From the IMG/VR virus record IMGVR_UViG_3300042517_000577, positions 1 to 64,000 of that record: 64,000 nt of DNA; one strand, written 5' to 3'. The notes under the pieces are model-generated. The model saw nothing but the letters and a program-made list of their open reading frames with translations. It did no database searches and was not told where the DNA came from. Each line of letters starts with the position of its first letter. Positions within the stretch are counted from its first letter, which is position 1. Position numbers and translations under genes: made by a program. This document shows positions 27,265 through 39,197 of the stretch, one piece after another. This stretch comes from a virus.

Positions 27265-29976
27265 ATGTCAGACAATTCTTCAAGTTCAATTTACGTTCCT
27301 TCAGTTTTTGGAACCAATTCATTTACATTAAAACACAAAAATGAACCTATTTTTTATAAAGAATTTGATGGAGAAGATTCTGAAGTCGTAGATTCTGGCA
27401 ATGACATTATATCAATTAAAGATCACTTCTTTGTTACTGGGGAAAAATTAACTTACATTCCACCTGCACTTGGATATAGAATAAGAATATCACCATCTAG
27501 TCCAGGAAATACATTAAGCACCTCATTTTTGCCAGATGAGGTGTATCCAATTGTAGTGGATTCCGGAAAAATCAGATTGGCATTTACTGAAGAATTGGCA
27601 GTTCAGAATGACTATATTGATATAGTAGGTGTAGGAACTGGAAACCCACATGCATTTGAATGTGAGAAGCAGAACACAAAATGTTTGATATCTATTGACA
27701 ATATTATTCAATCTCCAATATCAGTTGCTTCCACTGTAGCAATTTTAGATATTGTTGATAATACAACTTTAGAATTGGCATCATTGGAAGGAATAACTCC
27801 AGGCACAATATTAAAAGTTAATGATGAATATGCAAAGGTCATATCAGTTAAATATGGAGCAAGTAATACTGGCATTGGAACAGTTGTACTATTTCGTGGA
27901 GAAGCAATATTGGGAACCCCAGAAATAGAATGGGATGCTTCACTTGATTATGTCAGTGTAATGTCAGGTCAATATAATATTGTAGAAGATAGAATTTATT
28001 TTACAGACGCACCATTTGAAGGGAGAAAATTTAATTACACACTAACACCAAATGATTTCATAGAATCTAGTTTCTCATTTAATATTTTTAATACGAATAT
28101 TAAAACTGGATCTTTAGTTGGAATTACTACACAAAACCCTCCACAGGGATTAGATTCTGGTAGAATATATTTTGCAATCAAGAATTATGAAAATAATTTT
28201 AGTTTTGCTGATACCTATCAAGATGCTATTTCAAAGGTAAAGGTTGAATTTGATATTGATAAAGGTCAATATGATAAACTTAAACCAATAGGAGATGTTG
28301 TTATTAATCATATTGATTTACTTGGAAATTCCTCCTTTTCGGGAAGAGCATTTTTAAGATCTGATTATGATGGTAACGCAGTATTTGATGACATATCTCA
28401 AGGATTTAATGGAATTAGCACCTCATTTGAATTAAAGACATCTGGCATTTCTACTGTAGGAATTGCATCAGATAATGGAATTGTATTAATTAATAATGTA
28501 TTCCAATATCCAGAATTTGAGGAGTCCTTTGTCTATGAAGAAGTTGGGGGAACTCAAACAAATATTAACTTCATAGGAATAGGAACAGACTTTTATACCA
28601 CCAAAGATTATGATGTTAATGTTAAAGGATTTCCTCGTGGTGGAATTATTGCTGGATATGGATTGAGTGGTGGGTATAACTATCAACCATTAAGAGAAGC
28701 AAAACTAGTAGAAACCTCCAAAATAGAAGAAGATGGAAATTATATTATTAGTAATGACAATATTGGAATAGCATATTCTGGTTCTGGATATAGAAATGAG
28801 GTTGGTTATGCAGTTTCAGTAATGTTTGAGCAAAATGGAGAGAGAATAGTTGGATATGGAACTGGAATCATCCAAGATGGTTATATTGTTTCGATTAATA
28901 TTTTAGAAAATTGTGAATATCCAATTGGAACTGGAACACCAGCAATTGTAATCGAACCTCCATTTGAATATGAAAATCTAGAGTTAACTGGTTCCACTAA
29001 TGGAATTGGCGCCAGAGTGTCATTTAGTGTTTCAGATTCTGGAAATATAGAGGAGTTCAAAATTACCAACCCTGGATATGGATATACAGTTGGTGAAACT
29101 TTGTCGATTCCGAATGTTGTCGGAAAATCAACTCAAATTTCAGGAGATGAACTTAAAGTAATTGTTCTATATGTTGAGAAAGATAAGTTCTCTGCTTGGA
29201 ATCTAGGTAACTTGAGAAAATTAGATGATCTTTCTAGTTATGTAAATGGTGTTAGAAGGACATTCAATTTAATGGAAAATGGTCAATTAGTCAGTATAGA
29301 AGCACTTCCAGGATCTCCAATAGAAATATCACAAACACTTCTAGTATTTGTAAATGATGTTCTACAAATACCAGACGAATCTTATTTCTTTAATGGAGGT
29401 ACTCAACTTATATTTGATGAGGCACCCCCATCAGGAAGCACTCTAAAAGTATATTTCTATACTGGAAGTGAAGGAGATACTATTTTCAATGATATCGATC
29501 CTAGAATTAAGGTTGGCGATAAAGTTGTTGTGAAGAAAAATATAGAATTAAATCCAAAGACACAGTTTAGTAGAACAGTTAAGAGAATACTGAGTTCTGA
29601 CCGTTTGAAAACAGAAATCTACAATAAAGTTGGTCTTTCGTATGATTCAATTACATATCGTCCAGTTGATCTAACTCCACAATCAACAGATTTAATTATT
29701 GGAGGAGAAATTGTAAGCAAGGCAAGAGATTATTTAAGTTCTACTGGAATTGCATTCACATCTGTTACTACGGTTACTGGAACATTTGCAGCAGCATATG
29801 CTTCTACTGTAGGAATTAACACAGTTGGAATTCAAACTGGAGATTATATAGAATCTGAATATACAGATTCATATCAGGTCATTTCAATTTCCAGTGGAGT
29901 TATAGGAATTTCAACTTCTGCTACTAATACTGGAGCAACAACATCTACAATAACTGTTTGGAGAAAACAAGAATAA
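27265..29976 (+). CDS. virion structural protein (gp7 C-terminal/VrlC-like)
   Basis: 903 aa, DDISQGFNG, INNVFQYP and G.GY repeats; between gp7 and gp8. Confidence 0.75.
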   Translation: MSDNSSSSIYVPSVFGTNSFTLKHKNEPIFYKEFDGEDSEVVDSGNDIISIKDHFFVTGEKLTYIPPALGYRIRISPSSPGNTLSTSFLPDEVYPIVVDSGKIRLAFTEELAVQNDYIDIVGVGTGNPHAFECEKQNTKCLISIDNIIQSPISVASTVAILDIVDNTTLELASLEGITPGTILKVNDEYAKVISVKYGASNTGIGTVVLFRGEAILGTPEIEWDASLDYVSVMSGQYNIVEDRIYFTDAPFEGRKFNYTLTPNDFIESSFSFNIFNTNIKTGSLVGITTQNPPQGLDSGRIYFAIKNYENNFSFADTYQDAISKVKVEFDIDKGQYDKLKPIGDVVINHIDLLGNSSFSGRAFLRSDYDGNAVFDDISQGFNGISTSFELKTSGISTVGIASDNGIVLINNVFQYPEFEESFVYEEVGGTQTNINFIGIGTDFYTTKDYDVNVKGFPRGGIIAGYGLSGGYNYQPLREAKLVETSKIEEDGNYIISNDNIGIAYSGSGYRNEVGYAVSVMFEQNGERIVGYGTGIIQDGYIVSINILENCEYPIGTGTPAIVIEPPFEYENLELTGSTNGIGARVSFSVSDSGNIEEFKITNPGYGYTVGETLSIPNVVGKSTQISGDELKVIVLYVEKDKFSAWNLGNLRKLDDLSSYVNGVRRTFNLMENGQLVSIEALPGSPIEISQTLLVFVNDVLQIPDESYFFNGGTQLIFDEAPPSGSTLKVYFYTGSEGDTIFNDIDPRIKVGDKVVVKKNIELNPKTQFSRTVKRILSSDRLKTEIYNKVGLSYDSITYRPVDLTPQSTDLIIGGEIVSKARDYLSSTGIAFTSVTTVTGTFAAAYASTVGINTVGIQTGDYIESEYTDSYQVISISSGVIGISTSATNTGATTSTITVWRKQE

Positions 29977-29998
29977 ATAAGGTAAAAACACCACAAAA

Positions 29999-31570
29999 AT
30001 GCCAGCAATTATAACTGATAATTTAAAAATACAAAATTGCACCAATTTTGTAGATTCAATTAAGAATGTTGAGGATAATCCTTCACAAGGAAATTATTAT
30101 GTTTTTATTGGTTATCCAAATCCTGATGAATATTGGAATTCTTGGAATACAAATACACAAAGTCCAATAGATAATTTCAATTATCATAATTCATATAAAG
30201 AATCCATTCTCGGAGTGAAGAAAATTACATCATCTGATGTAATTAGAGCAATCCCTAAAATTGTTTGGACTTCTGGGACCAGATATGATATGTATAGGCA
30301 CGATTATAGTGCTTATAATTTATCTGGCAACTCACAATTCCCTAGACTTTATGATAGTCAGTACTATGTAATGAATAGTGAATTTAATGTTTATATGTGT
30401 TTGAATAATGGAACTAATCCAGGAAACTTAAAGGGAGTTCCATCTACGATTGAACCAACACATACAGATACTAATGAGTACGTAGATAGAGGTGATGGTT
30501 ATGTGTGGAAATTTATGTATAGCATTAGTCCAGCAGATTATTTGAAGTTTGATTCTACAGACTATATACCAGTTCCAAATAATTGGAAGACAAGCACTAA
30601 TACATTAATATCAGAAGTAAGATCTAGTGCAATACCAGGTGCTATCAGAACCATTTTAATTGAAAGATCAACTCAATATTTAATTGGAACTGATCCAGAG
30701 TTGGGTGTAGTATGCCCTATACTGGGTGATGGAACTGGAGGCACTGCTTTAGTCACATTCAATGCTGAAGGATACCCAGAGACCGTAGAAGTAGTCAATC
30801 CCGGTTCTGGATACACTTATGCCACATTAGATTTGGATTCAGTCGTCCCTAGAGATATATCTATTGAAAAAAGTATTTTCAATGTAATCATTCCACCACC
30901 AGGTGGATATGGAGCAGATATTTACAAAGATCTTGGAGCATTTAGATGCTTGGTGTATAGCAGAATTGAAAACTCCATAACAAATCCAGACTTTATTGTG
31001 GGAAATGAATTTGCTAGAGTTGGAATTATAAAAGATGTTTTAAGTAATGGTTCTGGGTCATATTTTAGTGGATCCACTGGATCAGGAGTTTATGGAATAG
31101 CATTAAATGATACTGGATTAACTATTAACGTAGATGATCCAATTACTCAATCTTCCACTGGGGCAAAGGGATACATTGTAACCTCTGAAGAAATAGGATC
31201 TGCGACATTTGTTAAGTATATTCAATCTAGAGAACTTTATGTAGATACTTATTCTTCTAATGATTATATTGTAAAAACTTTTGATCCATATATTACTAAT
31301 CCAGACTTTTCTGGTATCACCACTTCATCATCGTACACATATTCTACATTTAATACATCATCAGTAGCAATAGGTTCAAGTACTTACTCTGTTGCTGATA
31401 TTGATGGTTCTGAATATTCAGGTGATTATTTGGGACAAACTTATACAAACGGACTATCAAATCCAGATATAAATACAAAGAGTGGTGATATTCTATACGT
31501 AGATAATAGATCTACTATCACTAGAGCATCAAATCAAAGAGAAGACATTAAAATTATTATAGAGTTCTAA
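29999..31570 (+). CDS. gp8: baseplate wedge subunit gp8
   Basis: MPAIITD, YDMYRHDY, DGYVWKFMY, SGDILYVDNR...EDIKIIIEF. Confidence 0.93.
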   Translation: MPAIITDNLKIQNCTNFVDSIKNVEDNPSQGNYYVFIGYPNPDEYWNSWNTNTQSPIDNFNYHNSYKESILGVKKITSSDVIRAIPKIVWTSGTRYDMYRHDYSAYNLSGNSQFPRLYDSQYYVMNSEFNVYMCLNNGTNPGNLKGVPSTIEPTHTDTNEYVDRGDGYVWKFMYSISPADYLKFDSTDYIPVPNNWKTSTNTLISEVRSSAIPGAIRTILIERSTQYLIGTDPELGVVCPILGDGTGGTALVTFNAEGYPETVEVVNPGSGYTYATLDLDSVVPRDISIEKSIFNVIIPPPGGYGADIYKDLGAFRCLVYSRIENSITNPDFIVGNEFARVGIIKDVLSNGSGSYFSGSTGSGVYGIALNDTGLTINVDDPITQSSTGAKGYIVTSEEIGSATFVKYIQSRELYVDTYSSNDYIVKTFDPYITNPDFSGITTSSSYTYSTFNTSSVAIGSSTYSVADIDGSEYSGDYLGQTYTNGLSNPDINTKSGDILYVDNRSTITRASNQREDIKIIIEF

Positions 31571-31572
31571 AA

Positions 31573-34500
31573 ATGCCACAAAGCACTAACTTAAATGTAA
31601 GTCCTTACTATGATGATTTTAGTGAGGACAAAAACTACTATAAAGTTCTTTTCAAGCCTGGTGTAACAGTTCAGACTAGAGAATTAAATAATTTACAGTC
31701 AATTTTACAAAGTCAAATTGAAAAATTTGGTAGTAAGTTCTTCTCTAATGGTGGAATTGTTATCCCAGGAAACTTTGCTTATGATGGCAATTTTAGTTGT
31801 ATTGAAATTGAATCTACTTACAAAGGTGTTTTAGTAGAGACATATTTTGAAAATTTTGTTGGAAAGAAAATAAGAGGAAGAAATACAGGAGTTACTGCTA
31901 AAGTTGAATATGTATTATCTAAAGATAGTGCAGATTCAACTAGAAAAACCACAGCACTTTATGTTAAGTATTTGAAGTCTTCATCCCAAGATTTTGATGC
32001 TGAAGTTTTTGAAGATGGGGAAGAGTTAGTTTCAGAGCAAGACGTTACCGCAGGAACTACATTATTCGCACAAGATTCTGCAGTATTCAGAGTTTTATCT
32101 CCAGTTGATAGAACTGCTTCTTCTGTTGGATCTTCTGCAAAAATCGAAGATGGAATTTATTTCATAAGAGGTTATTTTGTTGATATAGAAAAAAATACTG
32201 TTATATTAGATCCTTATACAAATACCCCTTCATATAGAGTTGGATTGCAGATAACAGAATCTATCATAGATTCTAATGAAGATACCGATTTGGTTGATAA
32301 TGCCAGAGGATTTTCGAACTATGCTGCTCCAGGAGCAGACAGACTTAAAATTAGTGCAACATTAATTAAGAAGGATATAGAAGATTATAATGATGATGAT
32401 TTCATTGAACTGTTTAGAGTTGAAAACGGAATCGTAAGAAAGATAGATCAAAATGATCCATATGCTTTTATAACTGATGTTTTGGCAAGAAGAACTTACG
32501 ATGAATCTGGAAACTACTACGTCAGACCATATAAAGTTACTGCTCGTGAATCCCTGAATGATGATTTTGGGAACAAAGGTCAATATACCAGTGATGAAAA
32601 GACATCAGGTGGTTTAGTACCATCTGATGATTTAGCAGTCATTAAAGTATCCCCAGGTAAAGCATATGTGAAGGGATATGAAGTTCCTACAACTACCACT
32701 TTAATTGACTATCCAAAACCAAGAACTACAAAAACTGTAGATTCATCTTCTTCAAATTTCAGAACAGGAAATATATTAAAAGTTAATAATATAGAAGGAA
32801 TTCCAAAAATTGGAATTACCACTGATTCTTCTGTATTACTTCATAAGGTAAGGTTGGATGATAATCATGAAGTAGTAGCAGATAATCAAATCGGAATTGC
32901 GAGAGTATATGATTATGAGTATGATAATAATAGTTTTTCAGATGAGTCCAGTGAGGCAAATCTATACCTATTTGATATCCAAACATATACCGAAATAAAC
33001 ACAAGCGCCACAATTAGTGGTATTACTAATGGAGATTATATACAGGGTCAATATAGTAACGCATCTGGATACGTTAAATCAAACTCAGGGCAAGACATTA
33101 CTCTTTATCAAGTTTCTGGAACTTTTATAATAAACGAACCATTAGTTGTATGCGGAATTAGTACTATAACTACCATTGATACAGTAGTAGATTATTCAAT
33201 TAAGGACATTAAATCAGTATCTTCTGAAGATGGAACTTCATTTACGGCAGATTCAGTTTTATCAAAGAAAAAAAATATAGACGGTCCCTTTAATATCGTC
33301 GTCAGTTCAGGAATAGCAACAATTACCAGTCAAGATGGTTCTTCATTTGCTTCCGGATTTAAAGTAAGCGATATTATTTCATATACGATACCAAGTTCAA
33401 CTTTACCAACATATTCAGGGATTTCTACTGTTGGTGCAGGAGGAACTTCTATAACAATAGATAATACCTTAGTTGCATCAGTTTCTAATGTGTGTTCCAA
33501 TAGTTTAGGATCTACTGGCACTTTAAATAAAATTAAATTGGTTAGACCTAGAATTAAGAATTATAATGATTCTGAATTCTATGCCCCATTAGAAAATCCA
33601 AATGTTTCTGAAGTAAGTTTCTTAAACTCTAGTATTTTCGTTAAAAAATATTATACAGGACTAACAATATCTTCAGGAACATTAGACCTCCCAACATTAG
33701 AGAATACAAACTTTGTATATGCTGATTTTGATGAGGAAAGATATTGCGTTGTATTAAATGATGGAACTAACATTTCATTGTCGGGTGATGATTTTGAGAT
33801 TACTGCAGGAGGAAAGGAAGCATCATTTGATGGTTTATCTCCAGATGGAACTGCTAATGTCATCGTTACTCAAATTAAATCAGATATTTCATCCAAATTT
33901 AAAAAGTTGGATAGATGCCAATCAGTATCAATAACTAGATCTAAATACAATCCAGCATCAAATGGATTGACTTACTCTAGAGTATATGGAAGACGTGTAG
34001 AAGATGAAGAAATTAGTTTAAATTATCCTGATATCTTCGAAGTTCACGGAGTATTTCAATCCACAAATTCAGATGATCCTCAACTTCCAGAATTAACAAT
34101 TTCTGGATTAAACACTAACAGTTTAATTATAGGTGAAAAGATTGTAGGTCAGACTTCTGGTGCTGTTGCAATTTGTGTAGCAACTCCATCAAGTTCTAGA
34201 GTATCATTTATATACAAGTCCAAAAATACATTCAATTTCAATGAAATAGTTACCTTTGAGGAGTCTGAAACTCAAGCAACAGTTACTAATATTACATTTG
34301 GTTGTGATAACATATTATCAGAGTTTATAGTTGATAACGGTCAGAGAAAACATTTCTATGACATTGGGAGATTAATTAGAAAGGCTTCTTCTAGAGAACC
34401 TTCTAAAAAATTAACTATTATATTTGATTACTTCAAGTTTAAGACAACTGATTCCGGAGATATTATCTCAGTAAATAGTTATCCATCAGAACTGTATGGG

Positions 34501-37500
34501 GATAAAATTCCAGTATTTAAGGGAGTAAGAAACACTGACACTATTGATACTCGTCCCAGAGTTGCTGATTATACATCAAGTTCACGTAGTCCATTTGATT
34601 ATATTTCCAGAAAATTCACTTCAGCATCAAATAATTCGGCAAATATTTTAAAATCTAATGAGTCTGTAGTTTTTGATTATAAGTTCTATCTCCCAAGAAG
34701 TGATAAACTGACTTTAGATAAAGATGGAAACTTTAACATCGTACTAGGAGAACCCAGTGAGTTCCCAATAGTTCCAAAAGTATCTAAAGAAGTTCTCGAT
34801 GTAGCTACGATTAGATCATCTGCCTATGTTTTCGATGTCAATAAGGACATTGAAATTGAATTAGTGGATCACAAACGTTACACTATGTCTGATATTAGAG
34901 ATCTTGAAACTAGAATAGAAAATCTGGAGTATTATACTTCACTATCACTTCTAGAAGTAGCAACTCAAAATCTTTTAATTGAAGATGCTGATGGATTTAA
35001 TAGATTTAAGTGTGGATTTTTCGTTGATAACTTCAAATCTTACGATGGAGCAGATCAAAATAATAGCATCTTTAGAGCAGAAATTTCTAACGATTCCTTA
35101 AAAGCAGAAACTGTTAGAACAGAAATTGATTTAGTTCAAACCTCAGCAACAAATTTACAAGTTACTGGCAATAGTTTAACCTTAAAATATTCCGAAAAAG
35201 AATATCAAAAGCAACCATTTGCTAGCAAATTAGTCAATATAAATCCATTTAATATTGTAACTTGGTCTGGTAGAATGGAGTTGCTCCCAGATAGTGATAG
35301 ATGGGAGGTTAGAGTTGATGTTGATGATAGATCTCCAGTACAAGGATCTTTTTGGCAAGCATTTACTGCAGAAAGAACAAGAACAGAAAGATCAAATATT
35401 AGATATATTAGATCTAGAAATATTGGATTTGTTGCCACAAGAATAAAACCAATTAATAAGTTTGATTTCTTATTTGATTCCAGAAACTTATCTAACAACA
35501 GTTTAGAATCTACTTATGCTTTCCCCAAACTGGTTCAAGTATCAGGTGTAACTGGAAGTTTTGAAGTTGGTGAAACTGTAAGTGGTTCAGATTCGAATGG
35601 AAATACTGCTAGTTTTAGATTATGTACTCCAAATCATAAGTCTGGCACGTATAATAATCCATCATCAATTTATAATGTAAACCCATATAGTCCAAATACA
35701 TCAATTCCAGAATTATATGGTCCAGAATCAACAATATTAAATGTTGATGTAGATTCATTAAGTGATATTAGTGCTTCACAATTCTTTGGAAATATCACAG
35801 AAGGAATGAGTTTGGTAGGACAATCCTCTGGTGCATTAGCAACTGTTTCTTCCGTGGAATTGGTAAGTGATGACAACGGAGCATTAATTGGGGCATTCTT
35901 CATACCAAATCCAGAAGAAAGTGATGTTACTTTTGAAACTGGAAACACAACTGCAAAAGTCGTTTCTTCTCAAGGTTCAAGTGCTGCAGAAGCAAACTTT
36001 ATATCTGAAGGAGAAAGAATTACTACAACTAGAATAACCTACGCAGATCCTCTAGCACAAACATTCAATGTACCAGAGGAGCAAGGAGTATTTGTAACAT
36101 CTGTTGATATCTTCTTTGGTTCTAAGGATGATACGATTCCAGTCGAACTTCAAATTAGAGAAGTATCTTCAGGAATTCCAGGAGGTCCAGATAAAATTGT
36201 TGGATCTCTTTCGAAAGTGTTGAACCCAAGTGAGATTGGTATAAGTGCTGATGGATCTGTTGCCACTAACTTCAAGTTTGATAATTTGACTAGATTAGAG
36301 GGTGGAAGAGAATATGCAGTTGTTCTCATCTCAGATTGCGATTCCTATAATGTTTGGGTATCTAGAGTAGGACAGGTTGAAATTTCAACTGCCTCATTAC
36401 CAGAGATACAAAAAATTATTATTGGTAAGCAACCTTCTCTCGGTTCAATATTTAAATCTCAAAATGGTTCTACTTGGACTCCAACTCAAGAGGAAGATTT
36501 GAAATTTACATTAAACCGTGCAGAATTCTCTAACACTGGTGGAACTGCATTCCTTACAAATGCAGTATTATCCGCAAAATCATTACAAAATAAACTTCCC
36601 ACAAATCCACTTGCAGCATTATCATCATCTGCAGATTCTCCATATAATGATGGTCGTCATATCTTGGTCTATCATCCAAACCACGGAATGTATTCTGAAA
36701 ATAATAAAGTAACTATTTCTGGCATTGATCCCGATGGACTGCCAGTGAAATTGACATCTCAACTTGATAAAGACTCAAGTGGTCCAATTGATCTCTCTTC
36801 AATTTCTGGATTTAATGTTTTTGGCGATATTCCAGTTGAAGCAGCTAACCCAGGATATATTAAAATTAATGATGAGATTATTTCTTATGAGGAAGCAACA
36901 GGAGGACAATTAATTAACATTACTAGAGGACTATTAGGAACAGTAGCAGCAAATCATCCTTTAAATTCAAAAGTCTATAAGTATGAGTTTAATGGAATTG
37001 ATTTGAGAGAAATTAATACTACATTTGATAGCATTATTGATCCAACTATTGACAGTTACTACGTTCAAATTTCGAATTCTGGACCAGTTTTTGAATCTAC
37101 TAAATTTGGTGGAGGAAGCAATGCTTATGCCACAAAGAATATCCAATTTAGTATGCTTGAGTTTTCAGAAGATTTTGTCATTAAGTATGAGGCAACATCA
37201 GTATCTTCTTCAGTAAGAACAGTATCTTCAACCAGTGTGTCTAGTTTGCCTGGAACAGAAGTTTCATTTGCCGATCAAGGATTTGATGCAGTTTCTATCA
37301 CTGGAGTGAATGAATTCAAAACACCTAGAATGGTTTGCTCTAGAGTAAATGAATTGGAATATCTACCATCATCACAATTTACTGATAGAAAATCTTTCAC
37401 AGTTCAATTGAATTTAGATACTTCAAACACATACCTATCACCAATTATTAATCTAGATTCTGCTTCGGCATTTGCTGAAAATTATAGAATTAATAAAGGG

Positions 37501-37944
37501 GTTGCAGATTATAAAATTGATTCTAGAATCAATTCAAATGTAAATGATCCAAATGCATTTATTTACATTTCCAAGAGAATTAATCTCACAGAGTCTGCTA
37601 CATCATTGAAAGTTCTCCACTCTGCCTATAGAAATGTTGATTCTGATATTAGAATTCTTTATAAGATTTTTGATGATAAGTCACCAGATAACGATCAAAT
37701 TTGGAGATTGTTCCCAGGATATAATAATCTAGATATTAATGGAAATATAATTAATTTTGAAGATAATAATGGAAGACCTGATGAATTTGTTCCCGAAAGT
37801 TTAAAGGATGAGTATCGTGATTATACATATAGTATTGATAACTTGCCAGAATTTACTTCATTCTCAATTAAAATAGTTGGAACATCAAGAAATCAATCCT
37901 ATTCACCAATATTAAAAGACTTGAGAGTGATAGCACTTAAATGA
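31573..37944 (+). CDS. large structural protein (DUF4815-type)
   Basis: MPQSTNLNVSPYYDDF, APGADRLK, RRTYDESGNY, GFFVDNF, DPLAQTF, DLRVIAL. Confidence 0.88.
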   Translation: MPQSTNLNVSPYYDDFSEDKNYYKVLFKPGVTVQTRELNNLQSILQSQIEKFGSKFFSNGGIVIPGNFAYDGNFSCIEIESTYKGVLVETYFENFVGKKIRGRNTGVTAKVEYVLSKDSADSTRKTTALYVKYLKSSSQDFDAEVFEDGEELVSEQDVTAGTTLFAQDSAVFRVLSPVDRTASSVGSSAKIEDGIYFIRGYFVDIEKNTVILDPYTNTPSYRVGLQITESIIDSNEDTDLVDNARGFSNYAAPGADRLKISATLIKKDIEDYNDDDFIELFRVENGIVRKIDQNDPYAFITDVLARRTYDESGNYYVRPYKVTARESLNDDFGNKGQYTSDEKTSGGLVPSDDLAVIKVSPGKAYVKGYEVPTTTTLIDYPKPRTTKTVDSSSSNFRTGNILKVNNIEGIPKIGITTDSSVLLHKVRLDDNHEVVADNQIGIARVYDYEYDNNSFSDESSEANLYLFDIQTYTEINTSATISGITNGDYIQGQYSNASGYVKSNSGQDITLYQVSGTFIINEPLVVCGISTITTIDTVVDYSIKDIKSVSSEDGTSFTADSVLSKKKNIDGPFNIVVSSGIATITSQDGSSFASGFKVSDIISYTIPSSTLPTYSGISTVGAGGTSITIDNTLVASVSNVCSNSLGSTGTLNKIKLVRPRIKNYNDSEFYAPLENPNVSEVSFLNSSIFVKKYYTGLTISSGTLDLPTLENTNFVYADFDEERYCVVLNDGTNISLSGDDFEITAGGKEASFDGLSPDGTANVIVTQIKSDISSKFKKLDRCQSVSITRSKYNPASNGLTYSRVYGRRVEDEEISLNYPDIFEVHGVFQSTNSDDPQLPELTISGLNTNSLIIGEKIVGQTSGAVAICVATPSSSRVSFIYKSKNTFNFNEIVTFEESETQATVTNITFGCDNILSEFIVDNGQRKHFYDIGRLIRKASSREPSKKLTIIFDYFKFKTTDSGDIISVNSYPSELYGDKIPVFKGVRNTDTIDTRPRVADYTSSSRSPFDYISRKFTSASNNSANILKSNESVVFDYKFYLPRSDKLTLDKDGNFNIVLGEPSEFPIVPKVSKEVLDVATIRSSAYVFDVNKDIEIELVDHKRYTMSDIRDLETRIENLEYYTSLSLLEVATQNLLIEDADGFNRFKCGFFVDNFKSYDGADQNNSIFRAEISNDSLKAETVRTEIDLVQTSATNLQVTGNSLTLKYSEKEYQKQPFASKLVNINPFNIVTWSGRMELLPDSDRWEVRVDVDDRSPVQGSFWQAFTAERTRTERSNIRYIRSRNIGFVATRIKPINKFDFLFDSRNLSNNSLESTYAFPKLVQVSGVTGSFEVGETVSGSDSNGNTASFRLCTPNHKSGTYNNPSSIYNVNPYSPNTSIPELYGPESTILNVDVDSLSDISASQFFGNITEGMSLVGQSSGALATVSSVELVSDDNGALIGAFFIPNPEESDVTFETGNTTAKVVSSQGSSAAEANFISEGERITTTRITYADPLAQTFNVPEEQGVFVTSVDIFFGSKDDTIPVELQIREVSSGIPGGPDKIVGSLSKVLNPSEIGISADGSVATNFKFDNLTRLEGGREYAVVLISDCDSYNVWVSRVGQVEISTASLPEIQKIIIGKQPSLGSIFKSQNGSTWTPTQEEDLKFTLNRAEFSNTGGTAFLTNAVLSAKSLQNKLPTNPLAALSSSADSPYNDGRHILVYHPNHGMYSENNKVTISGIDPDGLPVKLTSQLDKDSSGPIDLSSISGFNVFGDIPVEAANPGYIKINDEIISYEEATGGQLINITRGLLGTVAANHPLNSKVYKYEFNGIDLREINTTFDSIIDPTIDSYYVQISNSGPVFESTKFGGGSNAYATKNIQFSMLEFSEDFVIKYEATSVSSSVRTVSSTSVSSLPGTEVSFADQGFDAVSITGVNEFKTPRMVCSRVNELEYLPSSQFTDRKSFTVQLNLDTSNTYLSPIINLDSASAFAENYRINKGVADYKIDSRINSNVNDPNAFIYISKRINLTESATSLKVLHSAYRNVDSDIRILYKIFDDKSPDNDQIWRLFPGYNNLDINGNIINFEDNNGRPDEFVPESLKDEYRDYTYSIDNLPEFTSFSIKIVGTSRNQSYSPILKDLRVIALK

Positions 37945-38171
37945 TAAAAAAATATGCTAAAGTTGATGGGTATCCAAATCTAATCAGAGATTTGGATACT
38001 AATGCAATAATTAATACAGATTCTGTAGAATCTGTCAATTATGATCGAAATAGAAGACTAAGGCAAAAAAAGGATAGTGAATTCAATAAGATCAAATCCG
38101 ACATAGTCGAATTGAAGTCTTCAGTTGAAGAGATTAAAAATTTACTTAAGGAGATTATTGATGGAAAGTGA
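37941..38171 (+). CDS. small conserved protein upstream of gp13
   Basis: KVDGYPNLIRD..TNAIIN, coiled-coil C-terminus. Confidence 0.8.
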   Translation: MIKKYAKVDGYPNLIRDLDTNAIINTDSVESVNYDRNRRLRQKKDSEFNKIKSDIVELKSSVEEIKNLLKEIIDGK

Positions 38172-38343
38172 TTCCGTACAATTAACTAGTATTTCAAAGT
38201 TATTTGAATATGAAAAAATATCTAGGGAAATTGAAAATTGTAATGATATAAATGAATTGAAAAATATCTCCAAGTGTTATGTTAAATTATATTTTGCATT
38301 AGAAGAGATGATTCAGAATTTAAATCTAATGCCAACGGAATAA
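38161..38343 (+). CDS. hypothetical protein
   Basis: Start reassigned to ATG 38161 with AGGAG SD. Confidence 0.65.
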   Translation: MESDSVQLTSISKLFEYEKISREIENCNDINELKNISKCYVKLYFALEEMIQNLNLMPTE

Positions 38344-38365
38344 ATAACTAAAAAGTGTTTGAATA

Positions 38366-39196
38366 ATGGCAAAACCTGCATCAAGACAAGGATTAATCGA
38401 TTATTGCTTAAGAAAACTTGGTGCTCCTGTATTGGAAATTAATATTGCAGAAGAGCAACTTGATGATTTAGTTGATGATGCTCTGCAATATTTCCAGGAG
38501 AGGCATTTTGATGGTGTTGAAAAAATGTTTCTCAAGTATAAATTAACTCAAGAAGATAAGGATAGAGGTCGTGCTAGAGGTGGAGAAACATCTGCTGGTA
38601 TAGTTACTACATTCGGGACTTCTGGAATTGGCACATTTGGTTGGGAAGAAAATAGTAATTATATTCCAGTTCCAGAAACTATAATCGGAGTGGAGAGGGT
38701 ATTTAAACTTGACAATAGAACAATTTCATCAAACCTTTTTAATGTAAATTATCAATTGTTCTTAAACGATATTTACTGGTTTAGTTCAACAGAACTGTTA
38801 AACTATTATGTCACAAAAAGATATCTTGAAGATATTGATTGGATAGTCAATCCAGAAAGAAGAATTAGATTTAATAAAAGGCAAGATAGGTTATATTTGG
38901 ATACAAGTTGGGATACTCTACAAGTAGATGATTATCTACTGATAGAATGTTATAGAATTTTAGACCCAAATGATTACACTAAAGTGTGGAATGATTCATT
39001 CCTTAAGTTATATCTCACAGCATTAATTAAGAGGCAGTGGGGACAAAATCTAATTAAATTCCAAGGAGTAAAACTTCCTGGTGGAGTTGAGTTGAATGGA
39101 AGACAAATTTATGATGACGCATTGAAGGATCTTCAGGATATCCAAGATCGTATGATGCTAGAATTTGAATTACCTCCTATGGATTTAATCGGATAA
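38366..39196 (+). CDS. gp13: neck protein gp13
   Basis: LRKLGAPVLEIN, QWGQNLIKFQGVKLPGGVELNG. Confidence 0.95.
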   Translation: MAKPASRQGLIDYCLRKLGAPVLEINIAEEQLDDLVDDALQYFQERHFDGVEKMFLKYKLTQEDKDRGRARGGETSAGIVTTFGTSGIGTFGWEENSNYIPVPETIIGVERVFKLDNRTISSNLFNVNYQLFLNDIYWFSSTELLNYYVTKRYLEDIDWIVNPERRIRFNKRQDRLYLDTSWDTLQVDDYLLIECYRILDPNDYTKVWNDSFLKLYLTALIKRQWGQNLIKFQGVKLPGGVELNGRQIYDDALKDLQDIQDRMMLEFELPPMDLIG

Positions 39197-39197
39197 T